A stretch of DNA of 58,709 nucleotides, filler included, from Streblomastix strix (Eukaryota), in NCBI GenBank assembly GCA_008636045.1. It is 3 parts of 3 records of this genome, joined end to end, with 100 filler letters (N's around TTAATTAATTAA, not from the genome) between each part and the next. Parts side by side here need not be neighbours in the genome. Positions count along the whole stretch, not along the records: positions 1 to 19,520 come from SNRW01000508.1; positions 19,621 to 39,131 come from SNRW01000509.1; 1 more part is not named here. The stretch is one strand, 5' to 3'. Of this stretch, positions 1 to 30,731 are shown piece after piece. The notes under the pieces are model-generated. The model was not told the DNA's origin and did not search any database. It saw only the letters and a list, made by a program, of their open reading frames with translations. How positions within the stretch are numbered: position 1 is the stretch's first letter; every line of letters starts with the position of its first letter. Made by a program: the position numbers and the translations under genes.

Positions 1-119
<119 letters not shown>

Positions 120-141
120 TATTATTAATTATATATTTTAG

Positions 142-271
142 ATCTAAATGTGACTGTGCGATCGTTCCGTATGCTTCGTTTGATGTTACGGATGACGTGA
201 AGAAGCGAGTTAAACATGTTCTAAGCAACATCAGCGATTTAGTTCAAGTTGCACTATATGGGGCATTGTGA
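142..271 (+). CDS. Terminal exon of an unknown gene (5' part outside the window)
   Basis: GC-richer segment after ttttag reads ..SKCDCAIVPYASFDVTDDVKKRVKHVLSNISDLVQVALYGAL, ending at TGA 269-271. Confidence 0.6.
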
Positions 272-939
272 ATAACAAAATTCATTTATTATAACTGCTT
301 TAAATGAGTTTGTTTGATGTTTACACTGTTGCCCAACTAAAAATGCTCGTTTTATATTCTTATTGTTTACATTTTCATTTCATAATCCTTGTGAATCTTA
401 TAATTTATACATAGAGGTTAAAAATTTTATTTGTTAATATTGAATCAACCGCATTATAATTATAAACACACATTTTATTTCATGCGTAATGAATTAAAGC
501 TGTAAGAATATTAAAATTGTTACCCAGCGATTCTCATTTGATTATATTCATTCATAATTTTTGATTATTAAATTTTATTAGAAATAATAGTTATTTCATT
601 GAACATTTAATTTTCTTAAATTGATCAATGCTATTTAAATTGATACCGAAAATTATTTTTTTTTATTCACGTTATTTTTAAATATTCAGATTAAATTATT
701 CACATTTAATATTTAATTCTGTATAATTAATTTATTTTTCGATAATATTTATTATTTTACTACAAATTTTCATAATTTAAACTGGAGAATCAAATTTCAA
801 TTTTTTTTTATAAACTTCTCAATTTTTTTACATTAACCATTTAGCAATATTTTCATTATTATTACATTTTGATAAATTTACTTGTATTTTTATATATTTT
901 CTTATAATTTCCCATATTTTAATAACAGACACAAATTTT

Positions 940-1392
940 ATGGATTTACTTCTTGGTGCATATGACGAATATGATGAAAATAATGAGGAAAAATAAGAAA
1001 ATATTGAAAAATAATCAGAAATTGTTGATTAAATTTAACTTGACACATGGAAGAATGCAAAGTAAATAATATAAAAAATGAAAATTGAGAAGAAAAAACT
1101 GAAAACAACACCACAATTGTAAAATTTTATTTAAGACAAAAGATACACCAACCCTGAAGCAATGTCATTTTTTGCCAATTAGTGGAAACTGGATGAACAC
1201 GGCACATTCATAACCAGTGCATTCGGTGATTCGAATGATTATATAGCATTTGAGCATCTATCAACTGATAACTTTCTCTCGCTACGGGAAGAGTAAGCAG
1301 CAAAAGCAGCATAATTTGTAAAGGAAAGATCTGAAGATGCAATTAATGGTAAAATGAAGATGAATTTTGTGTCAGCTAAAAAAAGTGACTGA
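940..1392 (+). CDS. SAP30BP: SAP30-binding protein / HCNGP-like protein, 150 aa, single exon
   Basis: With TAR=Gln it reads MDLLLGAYDEYDE...DKRYTNPEAMSFFANQWKLDEHGTF...KMNFVSAKKSD-TGA. This matches the HCNGP pattern (K.FRNPS..EKLI.FC.IDE.GTN ... IEFV). Missed by the ORF track because of internal TAA/TAG. Confidence 0.7.
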
Positions 1393-2101
1393 ATTATTTG
1401 TTTTTGTAAATAAAATAATAAATATATATATTTAATTGAATGAGTATATTTTATTTTCAAATTATTGCAATAAAATGAACGTTAATATTGTTAATAAAAA
1501 GTCTGAATTATTTAACTTTACAATATAATATATTTATCTTAATTATTGAATTATTTAGTCTTCACTTAAAAATTTTTTATTTGTTCATATCTTTAATTTA
1601 CATTCCATTTTTCTCACTCTAATTTCCAACTGATAAATGCAATCCCAGAACATGTATTTATTGTAATTTTAATCCACTCATCAAATTTCTAAATTCGGTT
1701 TTTATCTTCTTTATCAATAATATTAGTAGAACTTAAATATGTTATCACTTTTTTAGAAACTCCCATATTTCAAATTTTCAACATTTTGCTTCCCTTGTTG
1801 TTGAAGTATAAACTTTAATATGAGCAAATGAGAACAAATATAAACCTGCAATATATAATTAAATATAATCAAACGTGATTTATATATCGAAATTCTATCG
1901 AAAAATGGATAGTAGTTTATTCCTTGAAATTTCAGTATCTACTTAACTAGTTTATGTCTTAAATAAGCATCATATATTAAAATTAATGATTATATTCAAT
2001 TGTTAACTACAATTTTTATAATTTTTATAATAAACTATTAAATTTCACCCAATTTTTAATTTGACTAAATTTATTTAATAGAATATAATTATTATTAATT
2101 T

Positions 2102-3068
2102 TTGGGGATGCCAAATTGACCTAGAGGGTTTTGGCTGGGTGGATCGATCAGAGTTCTGCGAGTAAGAATAAATATATGAAATTTCAAAAATAGCGTTTTA
2201 CTTTATGCTGGAACAATTGAAAAAAGAAAAAAATAATAAAATCTAAATAGCGTCAACAAATAACTAGAATTATATGCATATATGTTGTTATTAAGTAATA
2301 ATTTAAGTATATTAAATTATTAAATATGCTATTTATTAACTAAAATTTGTGATACATAAAAAAATTAACAAATACTAAAAATAATTTTGTTTGAAGCCAA
2401 CTGTAGATTAATGGTAATTGTAATTTATTCAAATAAGTTAATAAACAAATTAAGTTAAAAAATAAAATAAAAATTAAAGTTAAGGATACTAGCTGAGGGA
2501 CATACTGCTAAGATTAAAAATTTACCCAAAGTGCTAATAGAGGCTTATTTGAATCTATATTTTACTAAAATATATATATATAAAATGTACTAAAATTAAT
2601 TTTGAACAAGAACAGTGGTAAATACTCTTGTTTTGAATGACCCAGACAGGGTTGGGTCGGGTTGAGTCGGATCGTTTTTTAAGCCAAATTTAGATTGAAA
2701 CAAGAATTGCGCGCCTATAAGATAATAGTACATAAATTGATTAAGATAAAAATATGAAATTGATATAATTACACATAATTATAGTAAATATAATCAATAA
2801 TACAAATAACTGGGCTCGAAAAAGAGTTTACCCATAACGACCTGTAATAATTTTGAGGAAAACTAATTTTTTACAGAAACCTTATTTACAATTTAAAAAT
2901 ATATAAACATATTATATATAAACATTAAAATGTATTTTATATATTAATATTCATATCTGAATCATTAAAAAAAATTTGATATTTTATTTTATTTTTTTTT
3001 ATTTTAGGTCGTTTTTCCTTGGTTGGGTGGGTATGTCGGGCTCTGGGTGGTTGGATTGGCATCCCCAA
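2102..3068. mobile_element. Non-autonomous hAT-type element (MITE), 967 bp
   Basis: Perfect 13-bp TIR TTGGGGATGCCAA (2102-2114 / 3056-3068). 8-bp target-site duplication ATTAATTT (2094-2101 / 3069-3076). G-rich GGGT/GGTCG motifs near both ends and at ~2648-2674. No ORF seen. Confidence 0.85.
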
Positions 3069-5992
3069 ATTAATTTATTTATCAGAGTAAAAATTTGAAT
3101 GGAAATAGTTTCTTAGCAAATAATCGAGAATTAATAAAATGTTAAACAAATAAAATTGAATATTCAATTGATTTTCTAATTTTTTAAAATAAAATTCATT
3201 TTTTCTTTAAAATTATTATTAATTCAAATACATAATAACTTTATAAATTTATTTAAACTTTATAAAATTTTATTAAATAACTTATTTCACCTCAGGTTAG
3301 TCCTGTTGTGGCATAAAACACAAATGATACGAGAATTTTTTAATAGTCTTAATGTGTTAATATTGAGTTAAATGTAAAAAATTCAAAATAAATATAAATT
3401 ATTTAATAAATCTAATTATTATTCAATCAAATAATTAATAATAATCAATTAATTATAACTGGTATTAATAATTTACACTTTCCTGATACTTTTAATAAAA
3501 TGAATAAAAACTATATAAATTATATTCTTAATAATGAATTATTTTATAATATTATCAACCAATTAATAAAATAATTTTTATTTATGAAGGAATTATGTTT
3601 AATATAATTTAATTAATTTCATTGAAAGGAGCTGAGATGGTCCCTCAATTAAATATTAAATGAAGAAGATTTAGAAATGAGAAATATTATTGAATAATAA
3701 TTTTATCAAAGTTGAATAATGAAATATTATTATTAAAATCTATGTAATATTCATGTGAAGATTTTAATAACAAAATTATTTAATAAAAGAATAATAAATA
3801 GATGAATTATTATCTAATTTCATAATTTTCATGTATCCATATAAATTTATTAGTCAATTTTTATTCTTAATTCCAAAGATATCTTTTACTCTTTAAAAAT
3901 TTTTTATCTATCATCTTCAAATAATTTGAATAAACACTGATAGGAGAACAATTTAGATATCAGTTAATAAGGAAATATTGACTGTATATTATCGTAACAA
4001 AGATTATTCTTTTTTATACTTAATAAAACTCTCTCTTCAAAATCATATTGAATTAAGTAAATTTATTATAAATATAATAATTCATCAAATTATTTTAAAA
4101 CCAATTCAATTTATATGATGAAACAGAAGAATATTATTATTCTCAAATTGGAGAAATTTTTTTATCAAACTCTGAATTTATTTAATTAAAATTGTAATAG
4201 CAGACAATATTTAAATAATAAAAGAAATAATAATTAGAAATTTTTAAATCAATGACATTATCTGAATTAATTATATATCAATAATAATAATTAATATTTT
4301 AACAATAACATCAATTAATAAATATTAATAATAAAAATATTTAAATTAATAAAAATAACAGTAATAATAGGTTAAAGTTTTTAGTTAAGTACTTTTTGTT
4401 AGTTAAGTACTTTTGCATACTTATTGATTAGTTTTTGATATAATTATAACTAATAGTAAAATTTATTGAAATTAAATTTATTTTTTATGAATAAATAAAT
4501 AATTTTAAATTTAATACCTGAAAATTTACTATTTTTTTAAAAATGAATTAAAATTGAAACATCATAACTAGAATTTTATTATAAATATATATATATAATT
4601 AATCTATCACTTTATAATATATTTAAAAGAAAATAAATATTTAATAATTCATATATAGTACAAATTATCAATTTTTAAAAAACAAAAATAATAATTGTTT
4701 GTTGAAGATTATTGATAAAAAATATATTTAGTTAATTGTAATTTTATTAACAAATTATAAAAATATACTCTATTGATATATATTTTCTAATTTTTAATTT
4801 ATTAAAACAAAATAATTTTTTTCTCCCTAATTTTTAACATATTTTAATTGTTTTGTACTAATTTTTAATATTATTGTTACAAAATTTTCAAAAAAATAAA
4901 TTGCACCAAAATATTAACTCTGCGAAGAAATATATTAAAACTATTTTAAAACTCGTTTCTTCCTAATATGTACAATAATAACTAAGAAAATATTTATATA
5001 ATTTCTTTTATATTTATATAAGTTCTTTTTGTATTTTAAAAATATATCAAAAACTATTCAATAAGTTTGAAAAAATACTCAACCAAACCAAAAATACATA
5101 ACCAAGAACTTCAACCTAATAATATTTATAATAATAATAATAATAAAAATCATATTAATAATAATAATAATAATAATACAAATAACAATAATTATAGTAA
5201 TATTGAAATTCATTGAAGATTGTTAATTATCAAACATCTATTAAACAATTTCAACCAGAATTTATATCGTTTTCAATAATTCTTCTGCATACACTTATTT
5301 ATTAATAACATTGTAATAATGATAATTATTCTATAGATCCATTTTATTTTCCTACAATAATAGCTCTCTCAAACCTATAATTTAATAAAAATGAATTATT
5401 AATAAATAATTAAGAAACTTTATCAGAAATTAAAATAGAATGCGATAAATATATATATAGGTTAATTCTAAATTCAATCAAAATTTATTAAGTTAATTCA
5501 AATTATTATTGAATAGAATTTTATTAGGATGCTTTTTAATAAAATTAGTTTAGAATGTGGAAGTTAAATTGAAAATTCAGATGAAATTAATAAATAAATA
5601 TATTCAATTGAAAATATTCATTCAAAAACAAGACTTGGATAATTTTTGTTCCTCCTTGAAATAATTGGTATGATTATGATTATTATGAAGATTATGATGA
5701 AATATGATGAATTTGTGTTGAAAAGAAGTGAATTATAGTTAAAATATAAACATTATATTTAATGACTTGATAGATTAATTTGAAATAAAGATTATTAAAC
5801 AATTTTTATTGAAAATTTGATGAAAATTTTGAAAATTTTATTATTTTGTATTTCTTTCTATTAGTACAAGTTAAATATCAATCTTATCATCTATTGAATC
5901 AAATCATTTATAAAATATTAAAATTGGACCTTAGTTTCATAATTTTTATAAGTTTTTGTTAAAACAACTATTTTGAAGAAGAAAAATTATCT

Positions 5993-13728
<7,736 letters not shown>

Positions 13729-15243
13729 TTATAAGTAAATTCGCATATCCACAATCTTTTTATTTTTAGAGAGTTAGAAAATAAAAACAAAATTTATTAT
13801 TATCATTTTTGAAGAAAATTTAAACAAAAGAAAGGTTCAATTTTTTCGAACAACCCTATTCTATGTTTTAAAATGTTGAAAATTTTTCAGCTTCGTAAAT
13901 TTGTAAAAATAATTCATTTTGAGAAAATTTTAAAACAGCGTTCCTTTTAAGGGTGTTGCGGGTCGCTTTTGGAAACCCGCAAAACAGAAATTTGATCTAA
14001 AATATGACCGCATTTTTAGTGTTAATGGAGGAGTATTCAAGCGTGAAAGGTGGGGAAAAGAAAAGAATTGAAATAAAAAAGAAAGAATGACAATAAAAAA
14101 GAAAGAAGAAAGAATTAATAACAACATATTGAAAAAAAAAAGATTTATTGAATTTTATAATTTTAAATGATAATTAGTAATGAACTATAAGTATTCTAAC
14201 TAAAATTGCTTGATTTGCATATTTTTATTTATATTTCTTTGAAAAGATTTATTCTATATTTATGAATCAAATATTTACTAAATTCATATTATTTTGAAAA
14301 CTTTTATATTGAACAAATAAAACGTAGAACATGTTTGTGCACAGTATTCTTGGTTTTCTTAAGTTATGATATTGCATTTTTTTAAAATAATTATTTCACT
14401 TATATGAGAAATATTAAAAGTATTCATTATTAAACAATTTTATAGTTTTAAATAATTCATTCTAAAATGATTTTCAAAATATTTTTTTTATAAATTTGTT
14501 CTTTGTTCGTGAATATAAAGTTTATTTATAACAATTTTTTTATTTAAAATTAATTATATTCAAACTTAAAATATATTCATTAATTTTTTGAAAATGTAAT
14601 GTTTTTTTCAAATAATTTTATTTTTTTCAATCAAATTTTTAATTTGTTATATCTTTAATCTTATGCAATTAAATCGATCAATTTGATCATTTAAATTTGA
14701 TTACTGATTCAAATTTTTATTTTATCGTTTTAGAAATTCAGCAAAGAATTCAATAAGTAACTGAAATTTTTTTTGGTTTAACTTATAGTGAAAGAAATGC
14801 ATCAATGGAAAAGGAAATAGAGACAAAAAGATAATAATTTCATCAAACAAAAAGCAATATTTGAACCGATTTAAATAGTTTTGTTAGATAGTCTTTAATT
14901 AATTATTGAATTTTTTGTATTTTGAAATATACTAAATCTTTTAAAGGATTTTGAACCTATTCAGTTAAAACTAAACATTAAATCAAAATTTTCACGAAGA
15001 AGATGGTAATAGTTAATAACAATTGATGCCTGCACCATGTATATTTTATAAAAAATTATTTGAAACATAGAATAATATATATAATTATATTTTTTGAACT
15101 GAATTTATTTATAAATATAATATATTTATTTTTATGCTTAAGTAGTGGCTATCAAAATAATATTCACTTCTTATGGTTTCAATGAAAACTATAAGGGTGC
15201 GAAAAAAGCAAAAAAAGGTTAATCTTTGAATAAGTTAAATGAA

Positions 15244-16393
15244 ATGGTTGAAAAAATTCGTTAAAATGAAATCAATAAATTATAAAAGAAAGAAAATATT
15301 TGTTTGATTATAATTGATCAAAACAAAAATAAGCAAAAGATTAGCTAAAATCAGATTGAAAAAGATCAAAATTGAGCAAAAATTAATTAATCAGAGAAGT
15401 AATAAGATGAAAAGAAGGAAAATTTTAAATTAATTGAGATTGATAAATATGAAAAGAAAGAAAATAAAAGTTTTATTATAATTGATTTAGATAAAATGAA
15501 AGAAACAATTAGCTAGGATTAGAAGAATATTGAAGAATAAAAGTAAAAATTGGATTAACTGTGAAAGAAAATGGTACTTAAAGAGCAAAAACTGGTTAAA
15601 ACGAAATTGATAACAAATGGAATGAAAAAATATATGAATAAATATTAATGAAAGTAAAACATTTAAAAGCAAAATGGACTCATGAAAAAGAACTTGCTGA
15701 TAAGAATGGCTAATAAATATTTGGATTGAACATTCCTGCTAATGGTAGTCCGTGGTACATTATTTGTGAAGATGATCTTAATCCGAAGAATTTAGCGAAT
15801 AAATATTATGCGATAAAAGGCATATTTAAAACTGAAAAAAAATATATTTAGAAATATTTAATTTCAAACAATCATTTAAAAGCATTATCGAAAGAAAAAG
15901 ATTAAGAAACTTCTTTTATTATATAATTTGCAAAATTATTCAAAAATTTAATGATTTAATGTTCGGCAGACTAGATAAAATCTGTATTTTTCTTTAAAAA
16001 ACGAGATTTCTAATAGCAAACATAAAGAACTACATTAACTTATAGCATCAGTTATAAATTCTAATATTTTAACATATTTTGGTCATCGTTTATATATAGC
16101 AACAGCGGAGTTTAAAAAGTATACTTCGTACTAAATACAAAAGGAACTAATGATTTATTTGAATAATGTTAAACAATTTCGTTTATATTTTGATAAAAGA
16201 ACTAATATTGCTTTATTGAATCAATTTGCAACATTTGTTCGATTTTAGCTTGAAAATGGAAAATCATAAAAAAATCTCTACATGTTCGTCCTGTTTCATC
16301 AAAAGGTGCAACAGCTGATAATATATTTGATACTCATTGAGTGATGTGTTCTGATCTTGAATTAAATTTAGATTATCTTATAGCTATATGTCA
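15244..16393 (+). pseudogene. hAT transposase relic, N-terminal/central part (ZMYM1/ZNF862-like)
   Basis: KKYTSYQIQKELMIYLNNV (cf. YTS..IQNELI), FRLYFDKRTNIALLNQFATFVRF (cf. FS...DE.TD.....QL...RY), KGATADNIFD and LELNLDYLIAIC. Contains frameshifts and TGA codons. Confidence 0.7.
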
Positions 16394-16834
16394 GGTCTGC
16401 TAATTAAGTTCAAGATTTTATATAGCAAAAGTGCCCATATTATAATTCAAGAAGAAAAATATTACTTATAATTATAATATAATGTAAATTTAAAATAATA
16501 ATATAAGTCAACTCTAAAAATATTGAGAAAAATTACTTTTTCAAAAAAAATGTTTTCTTTTTACAAAATAAAAAATATTCAATAATTATAATATTTACCT
16601 TTATATAAATTAAGAATAATTAAATTTTCATTGATATTAATTGCTTTATAATTATTCTTATGCAACAGCATCAATTTTTATTTATTTTAGCAATTTTGAC
16701 TTTTAAATTGATTATAATCCTACAATTAATATTTAAAATTTTTTAACTTTTCTTTAATAATTCATAAAATTCAATAAAAAATTTAAAATATTTAAATATT
16801 TTATTAATTGTTTTATTGTGCAACTCATGTGTAA

Positions 16835-17380
16835 TCTTCGCGTTTTATATACCAGCTTTTATATACCCACCATCCGTGAATTTCAATTTCAGACCTGCGT
16901 CAATATCAATCCAGTTGCCGAAACCAATCTTTATCAATCTCTTAAGGTACTCCAGCCATAAGAACTGAATCTGGGAAGTATTCAATTACTTTATATGATG
17001 CTTTCTTTGCTGCATCTCTTTGAAGAATAGGAGGTTTTTAACTCCAGCCTAACCGAATTGAAATATTTTGAATAAAATTATAATGAATTATGTAATGAAT
17101 AAATAAATTTAATAATTAATTAAATAATAAATAGTTATTAATAAAACACAACTAGTTCCTTTTCTTCTCTTGACAACAATAGTCAATTTACACGTCCATC
17201 ATTGAATAACAGGCATTCCAGCAATTGGTGAAATAGGATCAACAAGTACAGATGGATTGACAATATCATGCTCACCAAGAAGACCGCTGAGTGTCGCTCC
17301 AATGTTCCTATGAATATACAAAGGTAGCATTCAAGACGATTGAGTACCAATGCGAAGACATCTGTGAATTTATCAATACC
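16835..17380 (-). pseudogene. NNT: NAD(P) transhydrogenase relic spanning the beta C-terminus, linker and alpha N-terminus
   Basis: GEHDIVNPSVLVDPISPIAGMPVIQ*WTCKLTIVVKRRKGT (cf. GANDVVNPAA..DP.SPIAGMPV..VW.....V.KRS.G.GY), then an intron, then GQAGVKNLLFFKE (cf. GYAGV.NPLF), then AGVPQEI (cf. IGVPKEI) and GF...IDAGLKLKFTDGGYIKAG (cf. GF.V.VE.GAG..S.F.D..Y..AG). Stops, deletions and frameshifts present. Confidence 0.8.
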
Positions 17381-17923
17381 TAATATTTATTAATGAGAAT
17401 TGATTAATAAATTGTATTAAATAATAAATAATTATTAAAAATATTAATTTGTTTATAATAATTCATTTAACAAATAATTATGAAAAAATACTCTATTAAT
17501 CACCATGAAATATCCAGCTTTTTCAATATTTTTTTTTCATCCTAGAATTTCTGCTCTAATCTAAAATAGTAAATATAATTTACGAATAAAACAAGCTAAA
17601 AATAATATTTAATAAAATATTTTGACAGAAAAAATGTATATTAAATGGATAAATATCTAAAATTTCAAAATATATATTTGAATGTAATTTGCAATCTCAA
17701 GTGTTCACCATAAATAATAAAAAGTAAGATTTTTTTAAATATGTATAATATAATTTATTTAGAATATATATTTTGAAAAAATATATCAAATTATATGAGA
17801 AATTTTTGTTTGTAAAATTGAAATTTTGATCTCAACTCGAAGAACAAAAAACAACACATACTATAATTGAAATTTGAATGTTTAAATTCAGTAAATAAAT
17901 TTCATTTGATGATATATAAAAAA

Positions 17924-18410
17924 AGGCACTCGAGCTTGAACATAATTAGCTGACCTCATGTGTTGATGGATCTGAGTCTATGATAGGTTGTCACCACTCA
18001 ATGACATCAAAAATGAAAGAGTTATTCGCTTTAATTAAAATAATTCATTGCATAGCTCATTAGCTAAACTTGGCAGTATTAGACAATATAAAAGGTATTT
18101 AATTGCAAACTCTTCGCACTATGGAAGCAATAATTTAATAACTGTAGGATTATTGCGCAACGTCTTCACTTCATATAAAAATTTTACCTAAAATTCATCG
18201 TTTTAATGAAGATGAATAGGTTTAACTTAAAAGATTAGTTCTATCTAGATTGCATTCCTTTTATGATTCAGTAACAGCAACTGAAAATGAACTACCATCA
18301 ATTTGGATTCCACTGAATTAAATATAGAATAAAAGAAAAGATTCATCCACAAAGAGTATAATATATCATACAACGAAAAAGAAATTTATTATGATAATAT
18401 ATATATATAT
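17924..18410 (+). pseudogene. hAT transposase relic, catalytic-core part (ZNF862-like)
   Basis: CVDGSESMIGCHHSMTSKMKELFALIKIIHCIAHQLNLAVLD matches the hAT DGA..M.G ... HC.AH.LNL motifs. LKRLVLSRLHS is a degenerate TRW.S motif. Confidence 0.8.
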
Positions 18411-19303
18411 ATAATTTGATATATGGAAACTATCTCTTGCTTTCTTTGTTCACCTTTTTTCCCAATTCAGAGGCACTGCGACAATTTATATAAAGGTTAT
18501 AAACATAGATTTTATCTGTGAGAGTGAATATTCTGCATCTTACAAGTCGTACTGTTCAAGAACAGCAATAAAATACTCATGGTTGTCGTCTTTGCTTTCT
18601 TCTCCTCCCCATCTTGCCCAATATTGTTAACTTCAATGAAATTTAAATACGAGATGGTGAAAGCAGTAAATTATTTATAAAATTTGTTGCAAACGTAGGA
18701 TCATGACAAGGGATGCATGAAAGAAGCTCTCCTATCTGCTGAATATTCGACTGATTTTGCAAGCTTCTAACGATGCAATTCATTCCATCTCCTCAGTTGC
18801 ATCCTCTTTATTCCCCAACGTAGATAGCTCATCGTAAACTACCTCAGAGAGATCCTTTAACGAAATGAATATGGAAATTACTTGTTGGAAGGCAAGTGAT
18901 GGTTGGCAGTTCTTCCCAATTGACAATTTATACAAGCATTCTACATGACACTTTTGAAATCAGGAATTTGTACTCTTAATTTATATTTATTAATTTGCCG
19001 CCTCCATCTGTAGAGCAATAGCTCACATTTCAAATAATAAACATAATTGAATCCAATCTCAATTGCAGTTTGATAAATTTTTTTAAACAAAAAATGAAAG
19101 AAATAGAAATGGAGATTGGAAAAATAACGAGTAAAATTTATAATAAAAAAATTGCGTTAAATTACAACATGTCTTTACGAGTTGTCTTAGGTAGGATTAT
19201 ATATTGGTGATTGTTACTTCTTTATGTCTAACAAATTCAATCGTTTCATTCTGATTTTATTACATCACAAAGTGACATTTTCATTCTTTATTTTATGAAA
19301 GTC

Positions 19304-19462
19304 TCAATGATGTATATTTCGTGAATTAATAAGAGTGGCTGTCACATTCTAGTTTACTATATATTCGATTCCAGGTGGATGATCAGGTTTACTATAATAT
19401 TCATCTTCAATTACCGATCCTCGGGTGTGATCTGTTATCTGATTCACTTGTTGTAGAGTAAG
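19304..19462 (-). pseudogene. Tyrosine recombinase C-terminal (box II) fragment, probably from a DIRS-like or other YR element
   Basis: LTLQQVNQITDHTRGSVIEDEYYSKP resembles box II (L..V....GH...S.....YY). Only ~50 codons. Confidence 0.45.
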
Positions 19463-19520
19463 TTTAGCTAATGAGCTATGCAATGAATTATTTTAATTAA
19501 AGCGAATAACTCTTTCATTT

Positions 19521-19620
19521 NNNNNNNNNNNNNNNNNNNNNNNNNNNNNNNNNNNNNNNNNNNNTTAATTAATTAANNNNNNNNNNNNNNNNNNNNNNNN
19601 NNNNNNNNNNNNNNNNNNNN
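19521..19620. other. Artificial contig linker (N44-TTAATTAATTAA-N44)
   Basis: N runs around TTAATTAATTAA (19565-19576), identical to the second linker. Confidence 0.97.
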
Positions 19621-29580
<9,960 letters not shown>

Positions 29581-30731
29581 GGAGCAATCTTGAAATGTTA
29601 CGAAATAATTAGTAAAAATATATTATGAAAATTTTTAATATAATATAAAAAAATTTAAATGGTGGTTGGTGTATTTTGTTGTACAATATTTATGGTTCAA
29701 TGCAAAAATATTTTTATTTTTTCATTTTAGATGATATTTATTATATCCCTTGGCTTGAAGGGGGACATATTTAGGTTTTGTTTATACCGTATCCATGGAT
29801 TAATCCAAAATTATTATAATTATATAAATAAAATTATATTCTTATTTATTTTAATATGACATTAGAAAATTAATTTGTAAAAATATGAACTGTATTGTGT
29901 TTTATTTGAATTCCAAAATAATAAAAAATAAAATTTTCGTTTTAGGGTATCAGAGAATATGAATGAATTTTAAAATTCATCAAACTATATTTTATTTTAA
30001 TTTTTAAGATGTTTCTTAGAAATATATTTGCAAAACAAATTCTAATTATAGCTTAAAAGTTATTTTAAAGATGCAATGTCTGGTGAGCAATGAATAAACA
30101 ATAAAAATTCATATCATATAAAACCATTTAATAAAATTAAAATTGAAAGTAAATGTAAATTAAAATGAACGAGAAATACCTAACGACCAGCTATGAGAGT
30201 TTTTATTCCTATTTTAATTTTTCGAGAGACCATCCAGCTAACCAAAGGTAATTTTATACAGCAATTTGTCTAAAAAAATATTTATATTTAAGTTTTTATT
30301 AAAATATCTCAATATTAATTCAAAATACGCATTACTAAATATATACTTTCAATGTTTTTGCTACAATCAAAATTTCACCATATTCAAATTAAAATTTTAA
30401 TAAATACCTGTTATAATTCAATAATTAAATATTTTTTCGTGTTTTTTGATATTATAAATCGATTTTCAATAACACAGTTTTTAAAACGTTTCATTCAATG
30501 TTTTTTTTACTTTAAAATCAATTTTTCTCACTTCTCAACGAAAAATTTTTAATATCTTTATTAAATCTTAAACTTATGTCTTATATATTATCTTTTTTAT
30601 CAATTATAAATAAAAAAGATTTAATATTATTTTAAAAGTCATATTTAATTAACATCCATTTAAAAGTCTTCAAATATTATTTACTTCTATTGTATAGATA
30701 TTTTTGAATAAGTACTTAGATTATTATTGGG

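Noticed and set aside
3580..5760. Coding-like AT-rich stretches (similar ones at ~43500-44340 and ~48150-48990)
   Set aside because: Probably decayed members of a repetitive gene family, but frames are broken and I recognise no motif, so no call is supportable.
18420..19020. GC-richer minus-strand coding-like segment
   Set aside because: Interrupted by TGAs in the plausible frames, with no recognisable family.
19565..19576. TTAATTAATTAA palindrome (also 39176-39187) as a biological site
   Set aside because: Identical spacer embedded in fixed-length N runs, i.e. an assembly linker. No synteny should be inferred across it.
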